Origin: Octopus bimaculoides
Lineage: Eukaryota
DNA length: 64,000 nt
NCBI RefSeq assembly: GCF_001194135.2
Contig: NC_068981.1
Coordinates: 58,059,896-58,123,895, forward strand
Direction of reading: 5' to 3'
Below, in pieces: positions 14,133-27,989 of this stretch. The translations under genes were made by a program, and so were the position numbers. The notes beneath the pieces were generated by a model. It saw only the letters and a program-made list of their open reading frames with translations. It was not told the origin of the DNA and did not search any database. Each line of letters begins with the position of its first letter. Position 1 is the first letter of the stretch.

Positions 14133-15289
14133 GATGCTATTCAGAGACATACCTTCCATCAGTCACCTAACATATCTTAAACATCTTGCATCTCAGGGCA
14201 TTGACACACTAAAGCTTCAATATCTAGCAGCTGACTTAGTAAAACCTGCAAGATTCCCCACCATCTTTTCCAATAATTTTGATTACAGTTTTGAATTCAA
14301 CATCTGCCATACATGCTTATAAAATCCCACTCAGAATTGTCAAAGTATGGAATATACTACCTACATTTGTTCTTAACTGTCAGGACACTACATCCTTAAA
14401 AAATTCCATACTTTCTGAAATTTGCCAACATTAACCTTGATGTGTTGGTGCACTCTTTATGACTCTTTTACTGTTCACCTCTGATGTTTTGTGTTTTATA
14501 TTATGTAGAAGGCATGTAATTTTTGGTTATTATTGTTGCTTTCTGTCCTCTCTTTTTATCCTTTTCTGACAACTTGTAGTGCACTTGAGCATTGTATATA
14601 ACACACTCATTATTATTAAACAATAATACATATATTACATCAGTATATACTAAAATATTAATGAATATTATTGCATCAATAATTACAAAAACAGAAACAA
14701 GTTTATTATAGTAAATAGAACAGATATTATGTCTAATAAAAAAACAAACCACATAGACAATGTTTATATGAACCAAAAATCATCTAGACTACATAACAGA
14801 TAAACATAAAAAGACTTCAAAAAACAGAACATGACAAACATTAAATCTCATCTCAAACTAGCATTAATAATATATTACAAAAATAGGAAATTTAAATGTC
14901 TTTTCATTAACAACAAACCTGCAAGCCACTAAGTAAAACTTCAAATAACCATATGGAACCATTAAAGTTGGACAACCAAATAACATACTTTATTGCTGTC
15001 TGACTATGCATCTATGACAAAGTACTGGTTTAATATCTTATCTCACACAACAACAAAAAAAACAAGGTAGATAGGAAAAAAACAGAACCAAAGAGAGAAG
15101 GCTCCAAATAATTTTCCAGCCTGCTAGAAATAGCTGCCAAATACCCTTCAAATTGCACCCTTGTCTTAAAGAATACAAGATATGTTGGATACAGTAGTAC
15201 TAGATATATTATCTAAAAATAAGATGGTAAAGTTATGACAAGATCATTGCTGATCATAAGTCACTCAATCAGGTCTGACCTGGGTTTAA

Positions 15290-15467
15290 CACTAGCATTT
15301 AAGCCAGCTATATCTGACCCATATATTCTAACTGTTTTATCTTCAAACTGGCCAGATCTGGCCTCTCACCCCTATGCTACAATGTCATTCTAAAAATAAA
15401 CAGTCACATCATTGAAATCTCAAAACTTCAAAGCATTACATTTGACAGTAATAAGAATGTTAAAAAA
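15290..15467. mobile_element. piggyBac-type MITE, internally deleted copy
   Basis: TTAA on both sides (15286-15289, 15468-15471); homologous to 59679-59895 (tagcatttaa...agcattacatttgacag). Confidence 0.6.
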
Positions 15468-15905
15468 TTAAACGACAATAGATGAAAAAAAAAAAACAAC
15501 AACAACAACAAATATTCTTACATTTTACTGATCAGCTGCAAAACTGTAGACATGGAAACTATATTAACAACTAAATATCATAGAAAACATAATTGATGCA
15601 GCATCTTAGTAACAAACTAATGCCAGGAATACAGATAGATGAGATGGATTTGTTGGGAAGTGGAGCCTGGTTCTTGTTGGATAGCACAGAAGTGAATTAG
15701 TAACTCTAGGTGAGGTACTGAGTAGGGCACCCCAATGCACTACAGGACAGCTAAGTAGAGATTTACAGTACTTAAATGGCTGAAACATTGGTGAGGTCTA
15801 ATGTACTGCATATAATGTTCCAGTATTGGCAGTGAGATACTTTGCAGTTAATATTCTTTCTTTCTATCTGTCTGTCTTTGTCTCTCCCCCTCTTTCTGTT
15901 TCTCA

Positions 15906-15952
<47 letters not shown>

Positions 15953-15953
<1 letters not shown>

Positions 15954-16620
15954 ATCAAAAAGTAAAATTTACAACCACTTAAAAGTGGTTGTTGTTAGCA
16001 ATATTTACTATGAGAGAAACTCTCATATGGTTTTGAGGTGCATATAAGCACACTTGTTTTACTGCTAGTGGGAAACAATCACTGCCAGGACTAACAGATC
16101 ACATGATTTTGGCCTTCTAAATGGTAGATACCTGACTACTGGAAATAGAAGTAACCATCCTGCTAGCAATATATGTAGGATCACAGTGCCAATCAAGCAC
16201 TGGTGTTGCTAAAAAATAATTAAAGCTACAAAGTAATATTAATACCAAATAATTAAAGCTACAAAAGTAATTAAAGCTACAAAAAAAAAGTTAAAGCTAC
16301 AAAAGTAATATTAATACCAAAAGGTAACATTTTTATCACCACTTGTGTTAGATATTGTGTTAGAACACACAATACTGTGATATTTGCCATGAGAGAAGGC
16401 CAGGAAAAAAAGGCTGAAATCACATGATGTGGTAGCAGCAATGGCAGTGATTGTCTCCTGCTAGCAGTATAAATAAGAGTGCTTATATGTACCACAAAAT
16501 CATGAGAGATTCTCTGATGGCAAATATTGCAGTATTCTGTGTTCTAACACAGCATCTACTTTTAACTGGTGATAAATTTTACCATTTGGTATTAATACCA
16601 TTTCTGTTGCTTTAATTATA
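15953..16620. mobile_element. Foldback/MITE with long inverted repeats in TA runs
   Basis: ~16290-16397 is the reverse complement of ~16505-16620, and ~16008-16115 is the reverse complement of ~16410-16515. ttaaagctacaaaag is reiterated at 16220-16310; both flanks are TA dinucleotide runs. Confidence 0.7.
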
Positions 16621-19600
16621 TACATATATAATTTTGTTAGAGATTGCTGAACAAAGAAATTTTTGTTTTGTGGCACATCTCAGAATACAATAAGGAAATA
16701 AACTGAATTTAACAGTTTTGTCATTTTAATGGCTAAAATAATTTTCATCCTGCAATAGTTCCAGTTTCTACACATAAATTCAGATCAAGTCACTGAGAGA
16801 GAGAGAGAGTAAAAGTATTATTAGAAATCTTTGATAAAACAAAACAGTTAAAAGAATTGTTTTTTAGTGAGATAGACAATGTCCATGTAATTATTTTTTA
16901 ATTAAAAGGATGATGAAGTTGGAAGCTAAAGTTGTTAATGTATAAGTTAAAATATTGCAGGTATAGGAAGGTAGTTTTAGAAGATGTAGTTTAGAAAACT
17001 CAGGTGGAGAAAGGTCAGGGTAAAATGACCAGAAGATGATCCATATGTGCATTTAGTAAGGTTGGGCTGCAAGTGGTTATGAAGTTGTTTTGCCTGAGGT
17101 TTACACTGATCAAGCAGGCCTATGATCAATGGTGCTCCAACTCTGACAATCCCTTTTGTTAGACAGTGCATCCAGGATTACATTATCCAATGTACCCTTT
17201 TTAAAAGATGAATGGAAATTGAGGAGGGTTTGGTTGATATTTCTAGCAGGTTGAGTAACCATATGGAGGCTTCTTTGTTTTCTTGTCCTTTATGTGTTAG
17301 ATAGGGCACAGTTTATGATATACAATATATAATACAAGATTATAATAACAGATTTTAGTACTTCTTTTACTGGTTTTGATCATTAGGCAGTATCCATGCT
17401 GGGGTACTACTTTTAAGCATTTAAGGTGATCATGTTGACCTCAGTATAAGTATAAAAAACCCTTGCTTACTTGTGGCTGTGAAGTTAAGTTCAGAGGAGC
17501 AACAAGAAAGGATAGCATTGGTAACTAAAATGTTTCGCCTTTTCCTAATTATAATTATTGTACGTGTTTGTGTGAAATAAGATTTTGAACTGTAGTTTAG
17601 TGTATGAATGTAATTTATACAAGGACAGAAGCAGATAGGTGTTGACATACTTTCTTGTACTGGAGATTTTGTGATAGTATTTTTAACTATGTGATATTAA
17701 CTGAAGAGGTAAAATTCAAGTACAATGTTGTAGTGAGTGAATGATTCACTGAGATGCAACAATTATTTAAAGAAAGAAAAAAAGTAGATAGACAGATAGA
17801 TAGATTCAGTTATTGTCATTGCTGTTTTCTTTTTCTCCTTAATTTGCTTGTTTCATGTTCTGAAAATAATGAGGTAATTTCCTTCTGGTCTTACTTAAAC
17901 TGTAGATAGACATTTGATCTTGACTAAACATTATAAATAGGCATAGGCTGTATTTCATTACAGAATTATAGTAGTAAACCAAATTTGTAGGTGGTCATCA
18001 GAGTGTAATGACTGGTTAACATAGCCATTTAATAAAACTAGATAGAAAAGTTATACCAGCTTAACTACTAGGTAAGATGTATTGAAGCAAAAAAAAAAAA
18101 AAAATGAGTAAACGTTGAACTGCTTCCGATGATGAGGTTCCAGCTTGGGAATCCAGACATTTTGGGGAGTATGGAGGTGCCCCTTAGTTGCCATACTTCC
18201 CAGAACAGCAGTACCTATCAAGGCCCTAGTTGTGAATCAAAGAGAAAAAGTTGGTCATGTGGCCTAGGCATACAGGACTCAGAGAAGGGTTCACTCCTAG
18301 ATACATGCCACACAGACCTATTGGTGTGTTTCTGATGTCACATGAAACAGTAAGAGTTAAATAGGGCCTGTGCAAAAATAAATTGTTAATAAACTGGCAG
18401 AAGGTAATGGCAATCAATTGATATGTCTTCCCCAAGAAAAATTATGGATCTTAAGACTTTGCCATAGAAGTCTATAATTATTGATGATTGTAGGTATGTT
18501 GCATGAAGAAAGAAGAGACACATGCATGTCTGTATATATACACACATATAGCTTGTGTGTTAGTGTGTATGTTAATAAAACAAAAACAACATGCACTGCA
18601 AACTACTTCAAAATATATTTGGCATGGGCTGCAGAGACTTATTGAGGCAGTATTCTACAGTAGATTTAATAGTCAGAAACTGAAAGAAGCCTGTTGCACA
18701 CACACGCATGTGTGTGTGTGGGGGGGGGGGAGTCTCCTTGTCTTAACATTATGCAATAGTTAAAATTGAATATCACTGTCATATAAGTGTCCATTTCCAA
18801 CCTGTAACTAATATCAGATTTTAACCAGCTGACCAATAGAATTTAAAATTTCCAAGAAAATGCATGCTTCTTTGAAAAAGAACAGTTTATGATCAATACT
18901 TAATAAAACAAGTATCTGAGAAAAAGAAGTATTACTAATATATTTCTTACATTTCATCCATTATAAACAAATTTGAAGCTTATTGGGTGTTTTAACAGAA
19001 AGAAATTTAAATATGGAGAGTCAGTCTTTTATCAAAGTGTTGATTTTAGATTCAATTTATGTTAACTTGGATATTAGGAGACAATTTTAGATTCAATTTA
19101 TGTAACTTAGATGTTAATAAACTTCCTAGAAAACAAAATGCCAGGAACAAATAAGATAAATCAGAAAGACAGCTGGGTAATTAGAATCTTAAAACTATTA
19201 GTTAAGAAGGTATAGTATTGCAACTTACCAAAACATCTAATAGTTGAAATGATGATCAATTACTTCATAGTAAAACTCTAAAATCTCCAAAGGTAGAAGG
19301 CAAATGCCTACAACACAGCTTTGTATGCTTTAAAGAATTTAACTTTAATGACTGCCTTCAATATCTCAATAGAAAACTGGAATTCTAAAACTACGTAATA
19401 GAGTAAGTTGAAGAGTGATAGTTTTGGGCTATTTTATTTGAGAGTCAAAAGATTCAGTAAACAAAAATGTGACTAGCTGCCTGAAGGAGGAAGTTGGTGG
19501 AGGAATCTCCACGTTCTGCTGGTTTTTCATAAGCTGGTGATAAGAGGAGTCATGTAGTGAAAGTCAGAGTGGAGTTTCATTTTACTAAAAAATAAAAAAA

Positions 19601-22600
19601 AGTATGCGAGTAGAGTCTCTCATATCTGTGGAAGAATATGGAAAGGTATGCAAAAGTAAATTGGGTCTTACTTGACATAAAAATTTACAGCAATGATCTG
19701 GGATGTATCCAAACAAAAGAAACACATTTGTGTATCATGTTTGTAATAGAGTCACTGCTGGATATTTCTAGTTATCAGTGATGACCATATTCATTTATGT
19801 GGATAGCCCTCATTATCATCTTTTTACATCTGCTTTCCATGCTGTGTGTGTACACCACCTATTATTAGGTAAATAAATAGATACATAGATAGACAGACAG
19901 AAAAGTTTGCGAAATAAAGAGAAAGAAAAAAAATAAGAGTGCTTTTTTATTTTCTCTATATTTTTTGGTTCATATCTATAATTAATGTAAACAAAATGGC
20001 TTACTTTGAACAAGTGTTACTTGTTGATAAATTATAAAAGAAAAATTGTCTGCTCATATATAGTTCTCCCACATCAATGGCATTACATATATCAGAAAAT
20101 GTATGTCTAGGACTACATTTAAAAAAAATAATACTAGTGAGAAGAATGTTGGCAAAGGAAACAAAGTATATTTGTTATGTATTCTCTAACACAAGAAATA
20201 AAGAAAACAAAACATTTTTAATGACCTAGAATAATTTTGCATTATCTGAATAAAATGAAATTTTGATGGTTTTAACAATAACAATGTAATGCAAAGTATA
20301 TTAAAGATTGTTTGAAGAATTCTGTATAGTAAACTATATAATAGATATATATAAAGGAAAACTCTATAAGAACATCTTCTGTGAGAGAATTAGCCAGACA
20401 GGAAATATATTTGTTTAATAATAAATGTAAGAGTTTAAAAAGACACAAATCCAATATACTAAACTGTGATATTATACCTTGTATGACTACCTTCAAAAGA
20501 AACTCGAAACTACTGTCTTCACAAGATGCCAATAAAATTTTATTTGTATCTTATAGAGCTATTCCCTACAGTCACTGATCTTTCCCTGAAGCCAATTAAT
20601 TATATATTGACTTCATTTGCCAAAAAATCTCTTAATATAAAATGAAGGTCATCTGAAAACTAATTTTTGCTTATGATGCCCTAGAGTAATTAAATTCAAT
20701 TATGTAACTGCTACAATGGTATGATTTTAATTAAAATGCACCATTTAGAAAAGCAAGTTACACATCTATAGAGATCAAGCTAATTTTATTACAAATCTGT
20801 GAAGGTATAGCTCAATTTATTAAAAAATTGAAAATTTAGAAATATATAATGAAAAAGTAAAAAAAGAACCATATTTATGAACAATTTAGAAAAGATGGTA
20901 ATATTAGCTTTTAGAATGCAAAGATAGTCTGCTTTTAAGACAAATTTAGGTTGTAGCTGCATCCATATGTAACTAGGCACAACAGATAAAAGGCACAGCA
21001 AAATTGTGGCTATGATATTACATTTTTAGTAGCTGTAAAGATAAACAGAGAAAGAAAGTGAACTGCTGATTTAAACTGTTTCAACTCTTATAGAAGGCAA
21101 GATTGTGGACAACTTTTGCTTTGTTAACAGTCAAATTTTGACTGAAGCAAGTGGCAAGACAGATAATTCTTTTTTACTACTTGATATACAAGATCTAATT
21201 TCCAATCAGTACAGAATATAATGTAGAATTCTTGCTTACTATAGTTAAATGAGCTAATTATTTAATCTACAGCAACATTTTGGTTTAGGATGTAGCACAG
21301 TTCTAGTTACAAAGCATGAACTAAGTTAAAAAGCAAATTCCTCTTCCACTCAGATATTGTATCATTTTTCTCTACTATTAAATTGATTACTAAGATATGT
21401 AGCTAGGTGAGTTTATAAGTTATAAGACAACCAACTGAGAGACCAATGTTTCATATCCAAGCTCCATGTTATGTCCATAGCCAAAATATTTAGCACCTCA
21501 AAACTCCTTCTCTGCCCTGAGGTAAATAGGTATTACAGGAGAGGAGCAACCTATTGTTACTTGCAAGAACTGTAAAATTACCAACTTGATTAGTTTTATG
21601 GTATACAAGATATTATCAACACTGTAAACTGAGATCCAACTAATATATGATCAATAACCCTCTTCATCAGTAAAAACTGAACTCATTTACAGGACCTCTG
21701 ATTACACGTAACTGAAATTCTATGTTTGGACTAAATATATAAAAAAAACTCAGCTATACAATTAATTATACAAATGTGACAAGCTAGATATTCTATATGG
21801 AATGTTGACAGCAGAAATGTTGAAGATTTTTTCATTAAAGTCACAAATATTTGGTACAGAAAAGAAAAGTGTTGAAATATTACAATTTAGGATTCTTTAT
21901 GGCATTTCTTAGGATAGAAGCAAAAAATAATATGAAATAATTAATTTAATTCATCATGACAAATCAAAAATGACACCTTTGATACTATTCTCCTCAGCCA
22001 TTATTTATGAGACATGACTCTTAAGCAAAGAAAAACTAAAACCTGAAAAGAGTAATGGTAGAATTGGTAAGATACTGGCTTACAGGCCTGTAGTCAAAAC
22101 CTGTTACCAATATTTAATTCTCCTCCTGTCAAAGACAAACTTCAATTTTAATACATAAGTTAATGTTAACATATTTAATGTCAGGAGCATTAGAAAGCTA
22201 ACTAGAGATAATTATGCAATGAGGAAAAAACAATATTTGTGAAAATTATTTTTTATCTTTTTTAGCGAGTTTAAGAGACAATTCAAGACTGTTTTGGTCT
22301 TATTCTTACCTCATCAATAAAATATATGTTACCATACTTGTTCAAGTTGTGATAAAAGAATTACTAAGTAAATATACAAAATTGTATATTTGCTGACATA
22401 GGAAAATGGAATTATTTAGAATTTAGATAATTAAATAATTCATCACTGCTGGAAAAGGTAAAAAAAAAATATTAAACACCGACTAATGCTTTTGTTCCTT
22501 CATTGTATAATTATTTACACTTGACTTTCTAGAACTGTATGCATTTATTTGTGTTAACACTAACTGACTTTTTGAATTTAAATTGTCTAATCCAACAAAC

Positions 22601-22624
22601 TATATAATGTAATGTTATGGATTA

Positions 22625-23085
22625 TGAAGTGCTGACATAGCTGTGTAATAAGATGTTCGCTTCTTAATCATATGGCTTCAGATTCAGTCCCACTTAGTTG
22701 TATCTTGGGCAAGTATCTTGTACAACTTTAGGCTGATTGACGCTTTTTAAGTGGATTTTGGATATGTGAACTGAAAGAAGCCCTTGTGTGTGTATGTATG
22801 TATGTATGTATGTATGTATATAGATAGATAGATGCATGTGTGTGGGGGGGGGGAGAGTTTCTAACTCCATACCTTGATATTGCATGATAGTTATATGTGT
22901 CACCATTATGCAAAAGTTGTCTATTTCCAATCCTCTGTGAAAACATGTCTGGTCATGGAAAAATATTACTTTACAGGTGAGGCGTTGGTGACAGGAATGG
23001 CAATTGGCCATAGAAAATCTACTTCAACAAATTCCATCTGACCCATGGAAGAGTAAATGTGAAAATGATGATGATGATGATGCAG
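22625..23085 (+). mobile_element. tRNA-headed SINE-like element with internal microsatellite and (GAT)n tail
   Basis: B-box-like ttcagattcagtccc; collinear with the copy at 51225-51615. Confidence 0.65.
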
Positions 23086-24362
23086 TGAGGGATCACTGCA
23101 GTGATGAGCTTAATTCATTTGAAGATCAAGTTAAACTCACAGCATGGAAAACTACAATGAGAAAGACTATTGGAATCTTTACCATTACTTCTCTTACTAT
23201 CAATATACTTACTACTTTCCATTTGTACAACAGTGTTATGAAAGTCACAGGAGAACCAATGATAACCTTTCTGGCCATTTAAAAAAAAATTAGATTATAT
23301 ATGAAAAATAAATATATATTGAAGTATGCATTTATTAAACTGTGCAAAAAAAAAAAAAAAAAAAAAATTAACATACCTTTTACATCCGTTTGATTTTCTT
23401 TTTTCCATCTTGAACATTCTATGTATAATTTTTGATGATTCCCTAACTGAATTTTGAAAAAAAATATGAGAGAGAGAGAAGGGGAGAGAAGTGGGGCAAC
23501 GTGTGAAGAAACAATGAGAAAGAAAACCAGTAGATCACTTGAGTGAAGGAAAGAATAATAGTTTCTTACATAAACATAAAGTAGTCAATTATACTGATTC
23601 TAGTACTTGAATGGTATTTATCCTGGAAGGATAAAAGGCAAAGTTTACTCTGGTGGAATTTAACGAGAACATAAAAGGGTGCAATTAAATACTACAAAGC
23701 ATTTTGCCTACTGTTTTACTGATTCTACCAATTCATCTTCTTTCTCCATCCTACATAGGAATGTATGTGTTTAGAATAAAACTATTTTTAAATGTCTGAA
23801 AGTGTTATGTTCATTATGTTGATGCTAATCAAAATTCAAATCATAAAATTGAAAATCAACAGACTAACATGATAGCGAAAAGTGCAAAACCAAAGTGAAG
23901 GTGTGTATAAATTAGATGTGAATATTTTGGATGTACTATTGATATAGTTTTATATTAGTCCTTGCTACTTCACAATTTCTGGTTTATTTATATCATATAG
24001 TAACATTTAAGCATTTTCTTTTTATAAAATGTTAAATTTACTTTATTATTTGTTGAATATAATTTATTTCAACGATAATAGTTTTTCATGATTATTCTTA
24101 AAGGTATTACACATATCAAAAGAAAAAGAAAATGTAAACTACAAAGTATTATATATGCATTACTTAGTCTTAACACATTTAACTCTTTTAAAATGGTTGA
24201 CATAAATTTACGCATGCAATGTACATGCTTTAAATTGGTTGACGTAATTATACACTGCCTGACTTAGAACCTGTTGCCAGAGTTAGTAGCAGTCCACCTG
24301 CCATAGATAGGCCAATTAGATGTAAATATTTACAACTTGATAGGCTGGTCCTGCCACTCCGA

Positions 24363-24545
24363 CTGTCAACTTCGTCATTGTGTCCTGTTTAGTCAAATTT
24401 ACAGTCATCACGTCCTACCATTCCAGCTCCATCAACTTTGTCATCGCGTCCTGTTTAGTTGAATTTATGGTCATCGCATCCTACCACTTTGGCTCCGTCA
24501 ACTTCCTCGTCGCATCCTGTTTCATCGAATTCATGGTCATCATGC
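24363..24545 (+). repeat. 66-bp tandem repeat (~2.7 copies) at the 5' end of the piggyBac ORF
   Basis: tcaactt... units start at 24366, 24432 and 24498 (exact 66-nt period). Confidence 0.85.
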
Positions 24546-26150
24546 CAAGCTACACCACCTCACCAGTTGTTTCTTCCGGTTCAGACGATGACTCAGAGAG
24601 TGAGTATTTTCCTAATTCAGAATCAGATGATTCCAATAGCAATGATGATATTCCAGTGAATCAAAGGTACAGGTGGGCAGCAGTGAATGGCGCTGGACAA
24701 CAGAATGTCATGTGGCAAACGAGAGGCAATTTCATCTGATGGCATGGGTTTACTGGTACGCCTGGCATAAAGGCAAACTTTGAACATGAAGTTCGCCACT
24801 GGAAATCTTTCATGAGTTTTTGACATATGAAATGTTCCAATATATAGTAAATGAAATGAGAATGACCATGCTGAAAACCACCCCCAGCATGTCAGACCCA
24901 GGCATGGCAATGATTGGTTTCCAACCACAAGAGACAAAATCAAAGTTCTGCTGATACTGATGGGCATCGTAAAGAAACCAACTCTGGTGTCATATTGGAA
25001 TCAGGATCCAGCCACATCGACACCTTTCTTTCCAGAAAAGATGCCACATGATCGATTTTTGGCGCTTCTTCGAAATGTACATTTCAACTTGGGTGAGAAC
25101 CAAGATGACAGGCTGCACAAAATATGTCCTATCGTTGATGAAGTAGCTGAAAGTTTCAGAACAGTGTATGTCCTCACACAGGACATTTGTACAGATGAGA
25201 GTTTGTGGAAATTCAAGGGAAGCCCTGATTCAAACAATACAACCTGACCAAACATGCCCACTCTGGAGTCAAGGTTTATGAAGAATGCCAGTCAACTGGC
25301 AGAGCCTATGAGTACACGTGGAATTACAAAATCTACACTTGTCAGGACAGATTGGATCTTCCAGTGTCTACTCTAATGTCAACTGATGTTGTGTTGTCAA
25401 TGAATGAAAACTTGTTTGACAAAGGCTACAATATTTATATGGACAACTGGTTTTCCAGTCCAAACTTCTTCCTGCAGCTGGGGCAAGGAGGACTAATGCC
25501 TGTGGGACTGTGAGAACACACAGGAAAAACATGCCACCCAATCTTCACAAGATAAAAGGGAGAAACAGCATACCAATGCACCAGCATTTTCACTCTAGCA
25601 TGGCGTGACAAAAATGTCTACATGTTATCCACAATGCATTCTGCAAGCATGAAGGACACTAGAAAAGAAGATGCGGACAATAATGTCAAAATGAAACCGA
25701 GTGTAGTTGTTTCATACAATGAAGGGATGGGCAGGGGTTGATTGCTCAGATCAGCTGGCAATAATACACAAATCAGTGAGAAAATTTGTGAAATGGTACA
25801 AAGAAATTTTCTTGTATATAGTTGACGCGTGTCGTGAACTCATGTTTGATTTGGCAGATGCTTGGCAGTGTGGGGAATGGATTGTCATTCAAGAATCTAT
25901 TGTTTCATGAAATGATAGAAGCATCAAACCTGCCAAAGTACAGAATGCGTGGATGTCCCCACACCGGACTCTCTCCTCACTGCATGGTGAAGAGACATGG
26001 ACATTTTCCATGACTGTTTCCCCTTACCTCCAAGAAGATAAACATTTCAAAGATCTACACAGTATGTAAAATAAAAGGGAAACTAGACACCATTGTTCAC
26101 AATGTGATATGCCACTGTGTGTGGTACTGTTTTGAACTCACATGATTGTA
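24540..26150 (+). mobile_element. piggyBac (PGBD4-like) transposase relic, frameshifted
   Basis: Acidic N-terminus SSGSDDDSESEY; MGIVKKPTLVSYWNQDPATSTPFFPEKMPHDRFLALLRNVHF...RLHKI.PIVD...DICTDESLWKFKG; IYMDNWFSS (~25435); NEGMGRG*LLRSA and VRKFVKWYKEIFLYIVD remnants; many stops. Confidence 0.9.
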
Positions 26151-27989
26151 AATAGATGAAGTTGATCTGACTTGTGCTGTTGAGTGAGCTTATTCAGGAA
26201 TAATACTGCATGAGTGTCCTGCACAGGGATATAGTTTAGGTAAATAAACAGTACTTGCACTAAAGCAGTTGATGTAAATATATGCTGAATGTTATCTTGC
26301 ACTGAGTGCTGACCTTAATCGGTGTGATTACTGTTGCCATGCACAGGCAACCAAATGAATCACTGCTGTAAACTAGTTAAAGCAGTTGATGTAAATATAT
26401 GCTGAACCATTGTCATGCGCTAATTGCTGATCTCAGCCGAGGTGATTACCATCAATGCAACCAAGTTGCTTGATAAAAAAAAAAATCATTGTCATGGGGA
26501 ACATTTAATGCTGGGATCATTAAAAAGCTAACTAGAAATAGATATGCAGGAATAAAACAAAATGTATGGCAATCTAAAACTAATAGTTTTGATTTTCTCA
26601 GGAAGTACAGGTAACAAATCCAGACATGCTTAAACATTATTTTGGCTTCATCAGTGAAACATTGCTCCCAATATACTTGCCAAAGTAGTTATGAATTAAA
26701 AAATAACAAGGCAGTACATTTATTGGTTTAAGAAAATAGAAGTGTTCAGAGATTATGTCAGGTGAGACAAGTTCAAATATGTTTTAGCTTACTAAGATCT
26801 CTTCAGCAAAAACAGTCTTCACCGTATTTTGCCAAGTAACAAGGCAGTCAGTTATTGGTATAGAAAATAGAATTGTTTAGAAAATAGAATTGTTTAGAAA
26901 TAGATGTCATCAACATGAAAGCAATAGGTAAGACTGTGCTTAAATGATGTATAGGGCATTAACAGTTTAACTAGAAATAAATATGTGATGAGAAAAAGTT
27001 AGACAGACAAACAGATAGGTAAAGTCAATGCCTAATGTTTTCATTTTCTGGCAAGGAAGAGCAATAACTCATGTCATATTTTGGTCTTGTTTTGACCTCA
27101 TCAGTAAAACATAGCCTTTGATGTACTTACTCAAAAATTGATAAATGATTAAGTAAATATACAATATTGTACATTGAAGATGTAAAGAAAGAGATCAAAT
27201 AATATTAATGTAAAAAGATATTAGTCACTGACTAATAATGTACTTGTTATTTTTCCTCTCATCACTTTTTTTATGAAGTTAGCTTTTTAATACCTTTGTA
27301 TTAAATAATGCTAGCAATAACTTACCCATTGTTTTTCAAGCAGATAGTGTCATTGAATTATTTAATCTCTTTGCATACATAGTTTGTTTGAATATGTGTA
27401 TATGTATTCAGTTGATACAATCAGTTAATAATGAGAGCGTTCTATTGACAGAAAAAAAACAGGTTTCTCTTAGCTACATTGTTCTAAATAAATATGCATT
27501 TAGGTTTCTCAAGCTACATTGTTCCAAATAAATATGCATTTGAGAATAATAGTATCAGCAGACCTTCTTATCTGAAAGTGATGTTCAATGAGCCAATGAA
27601 TTGTATGACAGACAATCTCTTAACTACATCTGGTCAAACATATCCAAGACCAAAAAATATAGTAATAAAGATATAAAATTTAAATATGAAAATTTTGTAC
27701 TTTAGTGCTTTTTTAATGTATTATTCCATTATATTGTCATCACAACTCTGTATTATTCAAATTACTTCCATGTAGTTATCATGCTGTTTGCTACTTTGCA
27801 TTATGTTATGTATTTTGTGTTTGGGGCAATATCATTGGTTGTTTGAAGTAAATTAAAAGGTATTTTCATTCTAGCCTAAACCTGTTTCACTTTAATTTAC
27901 TTCATTGGATAAGATTCTAAAACAGGATATTTTCAACACTGACCAGAACACTAACAACATGGCCCAAAAATGGTGATATTGGTCTATCA

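Noticed and set aside
14501-14776. Hydrophobic minus-strand ORF with a basic stretch, superficially a GPCR or chemoreceptor fragment
   Set aside because: It is the antisense reading of an A/C-rich stretch that looks like decayed LINE. It has no receptor motifs or splice context, and the hydrophobicity follows from T-rich composition.
19470-19590. Higher-GC segment after a strong minus-strand acceptor-like tract (ttttttattttttag)
   Set aside because: All three frames hit stops within ~20 codons, and there is no homology or clear donor. A non-coding exon cannot be excluded but is unsupported.
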